NCBI RefSeq assembly: GCF_006345805.1
Contig: NW_021824651.1
Coordinates: forward strand, 1 to 35,815
Reading direction: 5' to 3'
DNA: 35,815 nt
Origin: Octopus sinensis
Taxonomy: Eukaryota
This document shows, one piece after another, positions 1 through 12,853 of this stretch. The notes beneath the pieces were generated by a model. It did not search any database and was not told the origin of the DNA. It saw only the letters and a program-made list of their open reading frames with translations. The position numbers and the translations under genes are program-made. Position 1 is the stretch's first letter, and each line of letters starts with the position of its first letter.

Positions 1-395
1 TTTATTTATTTATATCATTATTTTATTTTGTTTCTTTTGAAATTTTGCATCCGGGCAACTGCTCTGTGGCTGTGTTACCCACGCTATGCCACTAATCATA
101 CGAACAGAATTGTCAAAGCCTTGCATTTCTGCTTGTATTTATTTAATAAGGGGCAGCTGTGTCTGTGTGGCATGTAATTTGCTTCCAAACCACATGGTTC
201 CGGGTTCAGTCCGACTGCGTGGCACCTTAGGCAAGTGTCTTCCACTATTGCTTCGGCCAGAACAAAGCCTTGTAAGTGGATTTGATAGGCGGAAACTGAA
301 AGAGGCCTTCTCTCTCTGTCTCTGTCTCTCTCTGTCTCTCTCTCGTATCTCTCTCTGTCTCTCGCTCTCTCTCTCTCTCTCTCTATATATATTAT

Positions 396-438
<43 letters not shown>

Positions 439-1239
439 AGAGAGAGAGAAAGAGTTAGAGCGTTTGCGTGTGTGTTTGAAGCGTGACTGCCTACTTTTTT
501 TCTTAATAGATGTGTGTGTGTGCATCTTTGTCTGTGTCTCCCCCCAATGCTTGATAACCGGTGTTGGTGTGTTTACGTCCACGTAAACTGGCGGTTCGGT
601 ATATATACACACACACTGGCCACAGCTCGTGAGCTGAAACTAGATAAAATAAAAAATAAATAAATATATATATATATATATATATTTAAGCGCTCTATTA
701 TATGCATTAGTAGTACACACACACACACACATACAAACTTTCATATAATATATATAAACTCCATTATTTGCATCAGAGGTAGTATTAGATTAAAGCAGTC
801 ATTTATGCATCATACTTAACGTAAATACATCAAGATAAGAGAATGGAGATTGTATCCCTTACAGACGCACTGCGTTTAAAAACACAGGCGCACACACACA
901 CACATACACATATATATATATATGTGTGTGGAGAGAGAGAGAGAGAGAGAGAGGGAGTTACGCGTCTAAAACAACGGCTAGTGAGAACGTTCGATTCATT
1001 TTTGTCTAGTTAGTCGTAGAGTGTACTATAAAGTGAGCTGGCCACTGACACATACTGCCACTATATCGAACTGCCCTGCAAACCTTGTTCTCGTGAAAAG
1101 TCATAAATATCAATTCTGTGGGTCAGTGGCGGACAGTTCATCCATATATGCCCTATGGAAACATCGTAATCAAAAGAATTGCGTGTGTATGTATATATGT
1201 ATGTAAGAATGTATGTATGCATGTATATATGCATGCATG

Positions 1240-1287
<48 letters not shown>

Positions 1288-1288
1288 A

Positions 1289-1604
1289 GGGCGCGTGGCT
1301 TAGTGGTTAGGGCATTCGGCTCATGATCGTAAGGTTGTGAGTTCGATTCCCGGCGACGCGTTGTGTCCCTTGAGCAAGACACTTATTTCACGTTGCTCCA
1401 GTCCACTCAGCTGGCAAAAATAGTTGTACTTGTATTTAAAGGGTCAGCCTTGTCACTCTCTGTGTCACGCTGATTATCCCCGAGAACTACGTTAAGGGTA
1501 CACGTGTCTGTGGACTGCTCAGCCATTTGCACGTAATATTTCACGAGCCGGCTGTTCCGTTGATCGTATCAGCTGGACCCCTCGTCGTCGTAACCGGCGG
1601 AGTC
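1289..1604 (+). mobile_element. tRNA-derived SINE, family A (head A + central ttgagcaagacactt..gctccagtccactcagctg domain + tail T1)
   Basis: A-box TGGCTTAGTGG, B-box GTTCGATTCC. Tail shared with family D. Confidence 0.85.
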
Positions 1605-1795
1605 TTCTTCTTTTATATATATATATAGTTAATCCAAACAGAAAACAGAAAAAAGAAAAAACACAGCACGCAGGACGTGAACAATTAAAGTATTATTGAC
1701 GCTCAGGAAAGAAGGGAAGGAGGGTTTAACGTTTCGAGCGGAGCTCTCTCTTCTCTCTCTCTCTATATCTCTCTCTCTCTCTCTCCTCTCTCTAT

Positions 1796-1847
<52 letters not shown>

Positions 1848-2560
1848 ATAGTATGTATGTATGTATGTATCATTATCTCTCTTCTATTGTGTGTGTGAGA
1901 ATGCGAGCGGGATGTGATTATCTATGTAGCTATGTATCTAACAATCTGCCTGTCTATCTATTTGTCCTGCTCGTCTGCCTGCCTGCCTGCTTGTCTGTCT
2001 GTCTGTCTGTCTGTGTATGTGTTTGTTCTTTAAAATAATAATTAAAAAAAAAAAAACTACAAACTGCAAGAAAGAAATCAATACAAATTTAATGGAGTAT
2101 AATGAATATACATTGTATTGACAGCGAAACCGTTGTTTCGTTGTGTGAGCTTCTCCAGTTACCGCACAACCACCACAAACCACCACAAACCTCCACCACC
2201 AACATCACACCACCACCACCACCACCACCACCACCACCACCACCACCACCATCACCACCACCATCACCACCACCACCACCATCACCACCACCATCACCAC
2301 CACCACCACCACCATCACCACCAGATATATATATATATATATACAGATAATATTATTATATATATATATACAGATAATATATATACATATATACAGATAT
2401 ATATATATATAATATACAGATATATATATATATATATACAGATATATATATATATATATATAATATCTATATATAATATATATATACAGAATATTATATA
2501 TTAATCTATACAGATATATTATATATACTATATACAGATTATATATATATATATATACAG

Positions 2561-2606
<46 letters not shown>

Positions 2607-3212
2607 ACAGATATATATATATATATATATATACAGATTATATATATATATATATATATACAGATATATATATATATATATACAGATATATATATATAAT
2701 ATATATACAGATATATATATATATTATATATACAGATATATATTATATATTATATACACCCGCATAAATACATTTAGATATACATATAATGCACATATAC
2801 GTTCATACATACGCATATACATACATAATACGTATATGCACAAGCACCCACAAACAGATAGGCTCACAAGCACGTGCGCGGTACACATTTGATCACTCAA
2901 GCGTTTTCTAATCTCGTTCATATACGCATGCATATCATACGCTCGCCTTCATAAGTCACGCGCTTGCTCACTCACCCTCTCACGAACATATACGAACAGT
3001 CTCCGTGAAACACACACCAACAAATACCCGCCCCCCCACACACACACACAAACACATACAAACACACTCACTGTGCCACAAATATATGGAAATGTGTTAA
3101 GTCGATTTAATTATCTCCAGTATATTACTGGTATTGATTTTATGAACTCCATTGGGAGGAAATGCCAAACTGAATATTACTTCGTTCTTTACATGACCCA
3201 TATTAATAGACG

Positions 3213-3595
3213 GGAGGCGCAATGGCCCAGTGGTTGGGGCAGCGGACTCGCGGTCGTAGGGTCGTGGTTTCGATTCCCAGACCGGGCGTTGTGAGTGTTT
3301 ATTGAGCGAAAACACCTAAAGCTCCACGAGGCTCCAGCAGGTGATGGTGGTGATCCCTGCTGTACTCTTTCACCATAACTTTCTCTCACTCTTACTTCCT
3401 GTTTCTGTTGTACCTTGTATTTCAAAGGACCGGCCTTGTCACTCTCTGTGTCACGCTGAATATCCCCGAGAACTACGTTACGGGTACACGTGTCTGTGGA
3501 GTGCTCAGCCACTTACACGTTAATTTCACGAGCAGGCTGTTCCGTTGATTCGGATCAACCGGAACCCTCGTCGTCGTAACCGACGGAGTGCTTCC
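3213..3595 (+). mobile_element. tRNA-derived SINE, family D (head D + tail T1)
   Basis: A-box TGGCCCAGTGG, B-box GGTTTCGATTCC. 11-bp TSD attaatagacg at 3202-3212 and 3596-3606. Confidence 0.9.
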
Positions 3596-5579
3596 ATTAA
3601 TAGACGAGTTGTTTAATCAATTGGGTGCAGCATTGTCGAATGGTTAAGAAATTCGCTTCATAATCATTGTGTCCCGTGTTCGATTTTACGCTACGCGTAG
3701 CATCTTAACCAGGAGTAATTCAACATCGCATCGAGTCGACCCAAAGCTTGTGAGAGAAATTGGGTCGATGGAAACTAGACTGAAGCTCACGAGAAGGATC
3801 GTCCACGCAATTCAAAAAGTACAATCTTATCTCATTCACTGTGCCATGCTAAATGTGCCGAAGAATTCCGTTAAGGATACACGTATCGGTGGAATACCTA
3901 GCCACTATTATGCTAATCCAACGCGTGGATAACTCAGTTTGATCGACCAACTTAACACTCATCATCGAAACCGACGGAGATCCATTACTTAAAATGAATT
4001 GCAGTGATATCTACAAGAGTATTGTAACCATATTCTATTTGATGATGAAAAAGGAGATTTATTGCGGTTGGACTCGAATTCATAAACGACAAACCTACAG
4101 GCTGGATTCTCTCAACTTCTCTATCTTCGCTTCATAATGGTTTCCTTTGAAGAATTTATTTTTGTTGAGAAATGGTTACAGTCAAAACAGTACCGCATCG
4201 ATCTCACCAGTTTAGGAGGAATTACGAAGTGTATAGACCTTCCCCACTCACCAACTCGAACCAGTTTTTTTTTTCTTTTTTGAAATACCCTATTTGTATT
4301 TGAAAATATACAAACTCAAAGATAAAAATATAAATTTAGGTATTTAGGGCGATGTTTAATTGTCCCTATCATTCCGACGCCATTATAGTAATAGAAATGT
4401 ACTGGGGAATTTGCTTAATTTCTCTTCAATTGCATAAACCAGGATTACCAAAAATAGCCAACATTCTACTCACGTTCAATATATAGTCAATATTTACTGT
4501 CTATTAATATTAATTTTTGCTAAAAATCTATCGTCTGCTAGCATTGAAATATATTTTTTTGTATAAATAACGACGCCATTTTATTTATTCGTTCATAAGT
4601 GTGTGTGTGTGTGTGTGTGTATTACAAGAATACGAGCTTAACGATCAGCTAATGTAAACAGTGAAGTGTGTAAACAAACAGCAACGATTATCGATTCATG
4701 AATTGGCGTCGATTGTTAATATTTTTCTACAAGTTCAAATGTCGAGTTTTGTTGCACAGCTTGGCAAGGAAATATTAAAATAACATTATCAATCTTATAT
4801 GAGTACCGAATGTATTCCAGTACATACTCCCCCAAAACCTCTGTATGTTATAATTATAAGTCAACCTGAAGGTTAGGGTTTGCTTTTCATCTCTCTGTAG
4901 TCTATAAATTACAATATATTAAGGGTCAATTGAAATATTCCTTTGATGTGCCCGAGTCAATAAAAGTTAACACTTTGTTATCCGGTTGGGAGAAAACAAT
5001 TGTGATAGGAAGAATAGAGTGCAGATGTCTATGCCTAAGAACATTTGGCCACAAAAGATTTTGTGTTAGAATAAAACAGGTTCGACTTTGGCTTTCATCC
5101 TGTCAAGCATTGATGTAGTAGATAAAGGTGTTGCACTTGGGTCCACTCATTTGTACAAATGTGGGGATTTTATGCCAACGTGTGATAAGCATTTTCCGTT
5201 TGGAAGGAATAAAACGACAGAAATGCCTCAGAATATTTACTTTACTTGCAGAGAGTAATTGATTAGATCGATGTAATTGCCAAAATTTGAAACCGATATT
5301 GTAGTTTTGTCAGTTCTTAGATTGGCGAATTGTTCTATTGTCTTTAGGCATCCTGAGTTATTGAAGAGTGAAGTCCTTTTCCTCAAACGCAGCAATGTAG
5401 GATACATATCACAAACCTATTATCTCGGTATGTGATGAACTGTACAGTTACCCATTCAGCCCTCACATATCATTCAAATGGCCTTGTAAAATAACTATGT
5501 ATATCACATGATTTTCATTTCCCCTCTAACATTTAAAAACTCATGTAGTCAATATTAAAAAAATTATTTTTATGCTGTA

Positions 5580-5997
5580 AGTTAAGTTAAGTTAAGTTAA
5601 GTTAAATTAATTTTTTGGCTCCAAAAGCAAAAAGCAAGGCCATGTAGGGGGACATGGAGTTACGTACAGGGTAGTGTTCATGCAAAGAGTTCAGGCCATT
5701 TCTGGTCAAGAGAGACTTTGAACCGAGCGGCAGCTTATTCCACGGATCCGCAACCCGGACGGAGAAAGCCCCTCTCCTTCGATTGAGATGAAATCGTCGC
5801 AGATAGAGCTTTTCGGAGTGACCCCGCAGCCTACGCTCTGGAGCAGGAGGGAAGACCAGCTCTTTCGAGAGGTTACACTTTCCGCTTATGATGTTGTGAG
5901 CGAGAATGAGATCAGCACGGCGGCGGCGTTTTTCTAGAGAATAAAGGTCGAGCGTCTTCAGCCTTTCTTCATAAGACAAATGCTTGAGACCAAGAAC
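5580..5997 (-). mobile_element. 5'-truncated CR1/L2-type LINE 3' end, copy 1
   Basis: Encodes GLKHLSYEERLKTLDLYSLEKRR...LRGHSEKL...FSVRVADPWNKLP, the CR1-type ORF2 C-terminus. (TTAAC)n tail. Imperfect TSD atgctgta/atgttgta. Confidence 0.85.
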
Positions 5998-6339
5998 CAT
6001 GTTGTAGATCTAATAGAGACCGATCAATCAAACCTAGAGGACGGGGCTTTCTCCAAACAATTCCATTCACAGGAGAAATTTAAACCCGGTTCAACAAACT
6101 AATGAACCATTTGTCAATAAAAGGCAACATTATCTAGTTAAGAACTTTAAAAAAAGTTGTAATTATGATAATTATTTTAAGAAAATCTATTTTTCCTCTC
6201 GGGAACGGTTTTTTTTTCTGTTTTCTGAACTTTTCCGAAACCCTGAATTCGTTTGTATTTATTTATTATATTTTTAACATAAAATATAATTTGTATCGAT
6301 TTTCTTAATCTCATCCAATCTTTTTCTATCTGTTTCTAG

Positions 6340-6423
6340 TTTACAAGCGGAACATTTACCATCCACGTGACAAAGTTATAGCAGTTCATGTACCAGAGTA
6401 CCATAAACTTCAAAATTCTCCAT
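6340..6423 (+). CDS. Universal stress protein (USP family), internal coding exon (first one found)
   Basis: Acceptor tttctAG at 6338-6339 and donor GTAAGT at 6424. 84 nt = 2+81+1, reading [F]YKRNIYHPRDKVIAVHVPEYHKLQNSP[S], which matches the USP alpha1/beta2 region (V.aVHV). The phase-1 end joins the phase-1 start of the 34033 exon. Not in the ORF track. Confidence 0.85.
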
Positions 6424-6795
6424 GTAAGTATGTGATATCATTCTTTTCTCCTCTATTCATTCATTGATAGCGTATTAATCATATCTTTTCATTGATTTGA
6501 TATCGTGTCAATCGCATATGTTCATGTGGCTTATACTCTGCAGATATCATACATTTTCAGAGACTTCATATTCTGCTACAGACAGTTCCGTGTCTTCACT
6601 ATTGGATAGATATCGTATGATGAGTCAGTCATTTACAAAGGAGTTCATCCTGGGTTTGATTAGATTGTATATATTTTTACTTCCTACTGATACCATGATA
6701 GCTGTAATAGACATTCTGTTGTCTATTATTTACGCAAATTTTGTGTGCACAAACATATGTATATACGCAGAAAACTTACTTAACATATTGTTTAA

Positions 6796-6830
<35 letters not shown>

Positions 6831-6872
6831 TATAAATAAATATAATATATATATATGCATAGGTAAATATAT

Positions 6873-6915
<43 letters not shown>

Positions 6916-6979
6916 ATATATATATAATATATATAATATTAATATAATATAATATATATATATGCATAGGTAAATATAT

Positions 6980-7051
<72 letters not shown>

Positions 7052-7400
7052 ATATAAATATAGTATATAATATGAAATTATATATATATATATATAGGTA
7101 GATAGATAGATAGATAGATACAGACATATATACACACACCACAATATATATGAATTCATATGTGCACACACACAACACACACATATATATATATATATAT
7201 ATATTATAATATGATATATAATATATTATATAGATACACACACATAAATGTAAACACATATATGCACGTGCGTACATATACATAACATACCCACATGTAT
7301 ACACAGTACAAGATACACACATACACATATACATGCATATATTCATATGTATGTATATACGCACTCACACATATATACATACATATAAATATGCATACAA

Positions 7401-7440
<40 letters not shown>

Positions 7441-7795
7441 TCACAATCATACACATACGCATATATATACATACACATATATACACATACGTATGCATAC
7501 ATACGTACGTTCATACACAAAAACATACATACATTCATACATAGTTACTTATACACGCATATCTGTCCCTCATTCTGTCATCTCAAACGTACCCCCAGGA
7601 TTCGGTTTTGTCCCTCATGGTCATCCTTCTATACATCGAAGATTTACCTGCCGCCGCCTCATCCAAAATGCCCATCATTCCTCTCGAACTTCCCCAATCA
7701 TGCATCACTCCGGTTGTTGAGCACACCGTTACAGTGGATCTCTTATGGTGAAAGCACGTTTTAAACAAGGAATGAGAGTAATGAGCGCTGTTATT

Positions 7796-8225
7796 AGTTA
7801 AGTTAAGTTAATTTTTTGGCTCAAAAAGCAAAAAGCAAGGCCATGAAGGGGGACAGGGAGTTATGTACAGGGAGGGTGTTCATGCAAAGAGTTCAGGTCA
7901 TTTCTGATCAAGAGAGACTTTGAACCGAGCGGTCGTCGGCATCCTCACTATCTCGTCCGGCAGCTTATTCCACGGATCCGCAACCCGGAAGGAGAAAGCC
8001 CCTCTCCTTCGATTGAGATGAAATCGTCCCAGATAGAGCTTTCCGGAGTGACCCCGCAGCCGACGTTCTGGAGCAGGAGTGAAGAGCAGCTCTTTCAAGA
8101 GGTTACACTTTCCGCTTATGATGTTGTGAGCAAGAATGAGATCTCCACGGCGTCGTCGTTTTTCTAGAGAATAAAGGTCGAGCGTCTTCAGCAGTTCTTC
8201 ATAAGACAAATGCTTGAGACCAAGG
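7796..8225 (-). mobile_element. 5'-truncated CR1/L2-type LINE 3' end, copy 2
   Basis: Same family as 5580-5997 (SYEELLKTLDLYSLEKRR...WNKLPDEIVRMPTTARFKVSLDQK*). (TTAAC)n tail. Confidence 0.85.
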
Positions 8226-8470
8226 GACGCTGATCATTTAATATGGCTGACTGGACATTCAACCCGTTTTTGGCGCCGGAGCTAAACATACTCCCATAGA
8301 CACCTCGCGTGCGCAGAAGTATACATATACAGAAAGATGAGAGAGAGATAAGGAGAGACAAAAATTAAACATACGTACAAACTAGATTCTTACTTACATA
8401 ATTACATATATACAGAGTAAGAGAGTGAGATAGAGAGAGAAAGAAAGAGAGAGAAAGAGAGAGAGAGAAA

Positions 8471-8686
8471 TATTGGTTTCAAAATTTGATACAAAGCCAG
8501 CAAAATCATGGTGGGGTGGTAGTCGATTATATCCACCCCACTGCTCAACTGGTATTTGTTTTATCGAAATTGAAAAGATGAAAAGCAAAGTCGACCTCTG
8601 CGGAATTTGAACTCGGAACGTAAAGACGGACGACATACTGCTAAGGATTTTGCCCGGTTTGCTAACGATTCTGCCAGCTCTCCGCC
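8471..8686 (-). mobile_element. SINE family B, tail type 2 (further diverged copies at about 19030-19215 +, 24795-24950 +, 25864-26077 -, 26359-26560 +)
   Basis: Shared head ggcgg.gagctggcagaatcgttagc, central domain, and aaattt..ggccttgtgcc tail. Confidence 0.8.
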
Positions 8687-9419
8687 TTGAATGAAAGAAA
8701 TATCAAAACATGAGAAACATGAAAGAATCCTATGTCAAATAAGTCAGCGTTGAATCAGTAACGCCAAATAGCGACGCCAAAACGGCTGTGCCAGAACGGC
8801 TCCTACTCTCTTTAACATTGCTAGAACCATTTCCATTTCATCGTCTGGTTCCTCTCTTCAGAGACAGAAGATAAAATCTTCCTCGAACTTTTATATTCTA
8901 TACTCTTTACTCTTTTACTCTTTTACTTGTTTCAGTCATTTGACTGCGGCCATGCTGGAGCACCGCCTTTAGTCGAGCAAATCGACCCCGGGACTTATTC
9001 TTTGTAAGCCCAGTACTTATTCATCGGTCTCTTTTGCCGAACCGCTAAGTGACGGGGACGTAAACACACCAGCATCGGTTGTCAAGCAATGCTAGGGGAC
9101 AAACACTTTATATTTCTGTATGTACGTACGAATGTATACATACGTATGTGTATATGTGTGTATGTATATATATGCATATGTGTATGCTTGTGCATATATA
9201 TACATATGTGTGAGTGCGTGTATAAATACATATGATTATATGCATGTATATGCGTACGTGTATGTCTCTATGCATAGATGTGGGTATGTTATGTATATGT
9301 ATGCATTTGTATATATGTGTTTACATCAATGTGTGTGTGTGTGTGTGTGTGTATAAATATATATATATATATATACTTTATTTAAAGCAGCAGAAAATTC
9401 AACAAAAATTCAACAGAAT

Positions 9420-9456
9420 CTGTTACTCTGAGTTTCTCGTGCCGTACATCAGACAG
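9420..9456 (-). ncRNA. Degraded hammerhead-like motif in a small interspersed repeat (second copy 28231-28264, +)
   Basis: Minus strand reads CUGU-CUGAUGU-ACGGCACGA-GAAAC-UCAGA-GUA-ACAG, with a 4-bp stem I and A9 mutated. The sister copy has an intact ACG-GGAA-CGU stem II but a mutated CUGA core. Confidence 0.45.
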
Positions 9457-9479
9457 TTTCACATTTATGTGTTTACTCC

Positions 9480-9520
<41 letters not shown>

Positions 9521-9637
9521 TATATATGTATATATATATGTGCACATATGAATTCATATATATATATATATGTATATATGTGTATATGTCTGCATTCATC
9601 TATCTATCTATCTACCTACATATATATATGTCTCTCG

Positions 9638-10030
9638 AACTTGATATTCTACAAAGCTCAGGTAAGGCCCAGATTGGAACATTGCTCTCACTTCTGGGAC
9701 AATGCTGCTGCTGCTGATGATGATGATATTGATGATGATGCTTTAGGAGGACATTAACCCCATCCTGAAACGAGCATCTTGATCAAGTGACATAAAATCA
9801 CTTATAGCTATACTTCAGCCTCTGTGTGCTGCTTCCTCTCCCCGTCTCTGCTTTCTCTCCCACAACTATGACAATCGCTTTTTTTCGAAACCGGTAAGTC
9901 TGGGAGGTTACCTCCACTTAGATGTTCTCATTCAACTCGTCTCTCTTTTCCTCTCATCTCCTCATCCTATCCATCACCCCGCCCAGATCCTGCTCTAATC
10001 ATTGTGCCCTGTCCTTCTTTCGTAAATGCC
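9638..10030 (+). mobile_element. Old degenerate LINE reverse-transcriptase C-terminal remnant
   Basis: NLIFYKAQVRPRLEHCSHFW resembles the LYKAQVRPHLEYCSHLW motif of CR1/Jockey-type ORF2. Broken downstream traces (KRAS, LQPL, SFF) are interrupted by a (GAT)n tract. Confidence 0.6.
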
Positions 10031-10785
10031 ACCCCTCCGTATCACATCTTGCGCATATATTTCCCTGTGAGGCCAGGCAACAGAAGAAAGAAGACATGCA
10101 CCCAACACCAGAGCTGAAGACACCTCCGAAAGTGGGGACCCCGCCACGTCAAAACGGTAGAGGAGTAGGGGCCGAAACCGGACGTGGTTCCTCCTGATGA
10201 TGTCTTGAGCTAACTGGATCCTATAAAGGAAACACGGTTGTAATTCCTCAGCAAACTCACCAACCTTGGAGGGACCGCGAAAGCGATGGGCACTGTCCCT
10301 CCCTCCGAATCCAGCAAATAAAACATATATATTTTCTTTAATCTTTTTTATTTCTTTTATTAATATATTTTTCAAAACAATTAAAATTATAACCCTCCTT
10401 ATTTCCTCTCAATTATTTTTTAATACGATTTATTTTTAATTAAATTTTGCTTTAATTTTCCAAGGGTATAAGCGAGGATTCTCCCACGAAGGTAATTTTA
10501 AATTCCGCACCCTGTTGCTCATCGTTGAATTTATTCGTTTATTTATCTAACTATTTATTTTGTTATATTATTATTTTGTTTTTTTTTATATTATTTTTAT
10601 CCTATTATTATTGTGTTATTCAAAATTTTTATTGACGAAATTGCACTTTTCTTCCAATTTGCTTGGTCTATTTGCTGCAACATACTGCACTTTCATCGAA
10701 TAACCTCACGACCTTTACCCCCTCTCTTGGTAACGAATGTTCACACACACATACAGACACGCACACACTCGCACGCACGCACGCA

Positions 10786-10828
<43 letters not shown>

Positions 10829-11131
10829 ATGCTTTCATACACTTGTACAAACATACATTCACAAATAAAATATTGCATAGAAACACTTTCTATATCTTAA
10901 TCTTTATCTGTTTGTCTTTTCCCCCTTTTGTTAATCTCTTTTCGCCTCTTTCTCCCCGAACACTTACAGACTGCATTGTGCTTTGGGTCGTTGACCCAAC
11001 TGACTTCATGTTCCCCAGTTTTTGCCAACCTTCTCTATCTGACCATGAAACTGACCATTAATGTCAATGCATGCAAATTGACTAACTTCGAAACCTTTTA
11101 GAAGTTAACTCCATTATCAGTCACCTTAAAA

Positions 11132-11612
11132 GACATCTGCAGAAGGAATAGAATCAAGCGTGGGTTCAAAAGAAAAATCGGGGTAATTCATTCGGTTGCA
11201 TTCAAGACAAGTGCCACGGCTTGAGGACTCCTTTGAACTTGACGCTAGAACCTAACGAATCGCTGGTCAATTTTAATGACCGCATTACTTATATTTAATT
11301 AACTGAGACTTTCTGAAAGTATATTCCCTTAGTCCCACTGTCCTCAGAACAGTAAAGATGAAAGGAGTAAACGACATCTGCAGAAGGAATAGAATCAGGT
11401 GTGGGTTCAAAAGAAAAATCGGGAAATTCATTCGGTTGCATTCAAGACAAGGTCCACGGCTTGAGGACTCCTTTGAACTTGACGCTAGAACCTAACGAAT
11501 CACTGGTCAATTTTAATGACCGCATTACTTATATTTAATTACCTGAGACTTTCTGAAAGTATATTCCCTTGGTCCCACTGTCCTCAGAACAGTAAAGATG
11601 AAAGGAGTAAAC
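11132..11612. repeat. Tandem duplication of a 241/240-bp unique-looking unit
   Basis: gacatctgcagaaggaatagaatc...gaaaggagtaaac starts at 11132 and 11373, with few differences. Confidence 0.9.
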
Positions 11613-12375
11613 CCTTTTTTATTTTATTTATCAGTGTCCCACCATGCCATCACGTCCGGCGATACACTCTGGTGGCCGTTTACGCCTGTGAAGCCCATCA
11701 GTAAGTGTCCAGACGATTGGCTGTAAACTGACCGGTATGACGATCCCATCCATTACTAGTTGACTATTGGATGTGTACCCATCAAAAGCAGGCTGGAACT
11801 TTTTACCATATTTCTCGTCTGCAAAGATAATAAGATATTAAGAATTCTGGAACTATGGCACGCCCATATGCTTAATTCTTATCTTCAACAGTATATAGTT
11901 AGACAATTTCTTTCGTGTTTTTTCTCCATAGTTTTTCCTTTCCAGATGTGAAGGAGCATAGCTCGGCGGTTAGAATGTTGCATTCATGATTTCAAATCCC
12001 GTACCGGACGATGCGTTGTATTCTTAAGGAAAACATCTAATTTCTAGTTGCTCCAGTCCACTCAACTACGAGTGACTCTGCGACAGACTGGTTGTAGTAA
12101 TTCTGATTATTGAACCAGTGAGATTGTTGAATACAGAAGACCGGGAAAGATAGGCCGTAAACAGGATTTACTCTTTAGAACGAAGGCATAGTATCCGTCA
12201 TTAGTTGTTACAGTCATGAACCTTGCTGATCAGCAGTCAGCCATGTTTAGATATTATTCCAAAGCCTCGTTTTCGACTGGCTTGCAAGAAGATGGATGTA
12301 ACTGTGAGTAGTAATAATAACAGTAATTATAACCATACTGGTGTCCCGTGCAGAGGGTATATTGTGATCTTGCAA

Positions 12376-12607
12376 GGCGGCGAGCTGGCAGAAACGTTCG
12401 CACGCCGGGCGAAATGCTTAGCAGTATTTTGTCTGTCGTTACGTTCTGAGTTCAAATTCCGCCAAGGTCGACTTAGCCTTTCATCCTTTCGGGGTCGATT
12501 AAATAAGTACCAGTTACGCACTGGGGTCGATATAATCGACTTAATCCGTTTGTCTGTCCTCGTTGGTCCCCATCTGTGTTTAGCTCCTTGTGGGTAGTAA
12601 AGAAATA
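12376..12607 (+). mobile_element. SINE family B (Nin/Deu-like central domain tcatcctttcggggtcgat..aagtacc), tail type 1
   Basis: 17-bp TSD ggtatattgtga(t/c)cttg at 12356-12372 and 12608-12624. Confidence 0.88.
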
Positions 12608-12853
12608 GGTATATTGTGACCTTGGTTGCTTATACTCCATGGAAACCGGGAAACCGACCTCAAGAATCTCAGGAATCGAGACAGGACTTTTACTTTTCTT
12701 CTGCCAGGGTTGCACAATAAAAGATTTTAATTATTAATTGAAAGAAGCTCAAGTGGACATTTTCCAGTGTTTGAAGATTGTTCATATATCATAGTAGGTA
12801 ACATCCGATTTTTTCCCCCGATTCTTTCGCCATACACGTATATCGTATTACCA

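Noticed and set aside
1725-1746. GAGC-UCC-GCUC-GAAACGUUA hammerhead 3' half on the minus strand
   Set aside because: The CUGANGA core is replaced by a (GA)n tract, so it cannot be an intact ribozyme. Kept only as supporting context.
3213-3290. tRNA-like sequences at SINE heads (also 1289, 26611, 31997)
   Set aside because: A and B boxes are present but there is no closed acceptor stem, and they continue into SINE bodies with TSDs. Not tRNA genes.
3994-4260. Higher-complexity stretch with short open frames
   Set aside because: Frames are under 50 aa, with no recognisable motif or paired splice sites.
1-6339. Search for the first USP exon (IAVDxS motif, phase-1 donor)
   Set aside because: No convincing candidate found. 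Probably upstream of the window.
10975-11010. NDPKH on the minus strand, resembling the Tc1 QDNDPKHT motif
   Set aside because: Five-residue match only. Surrounding frames show no other transposase motifs and no terminal inverted repeats were seen.
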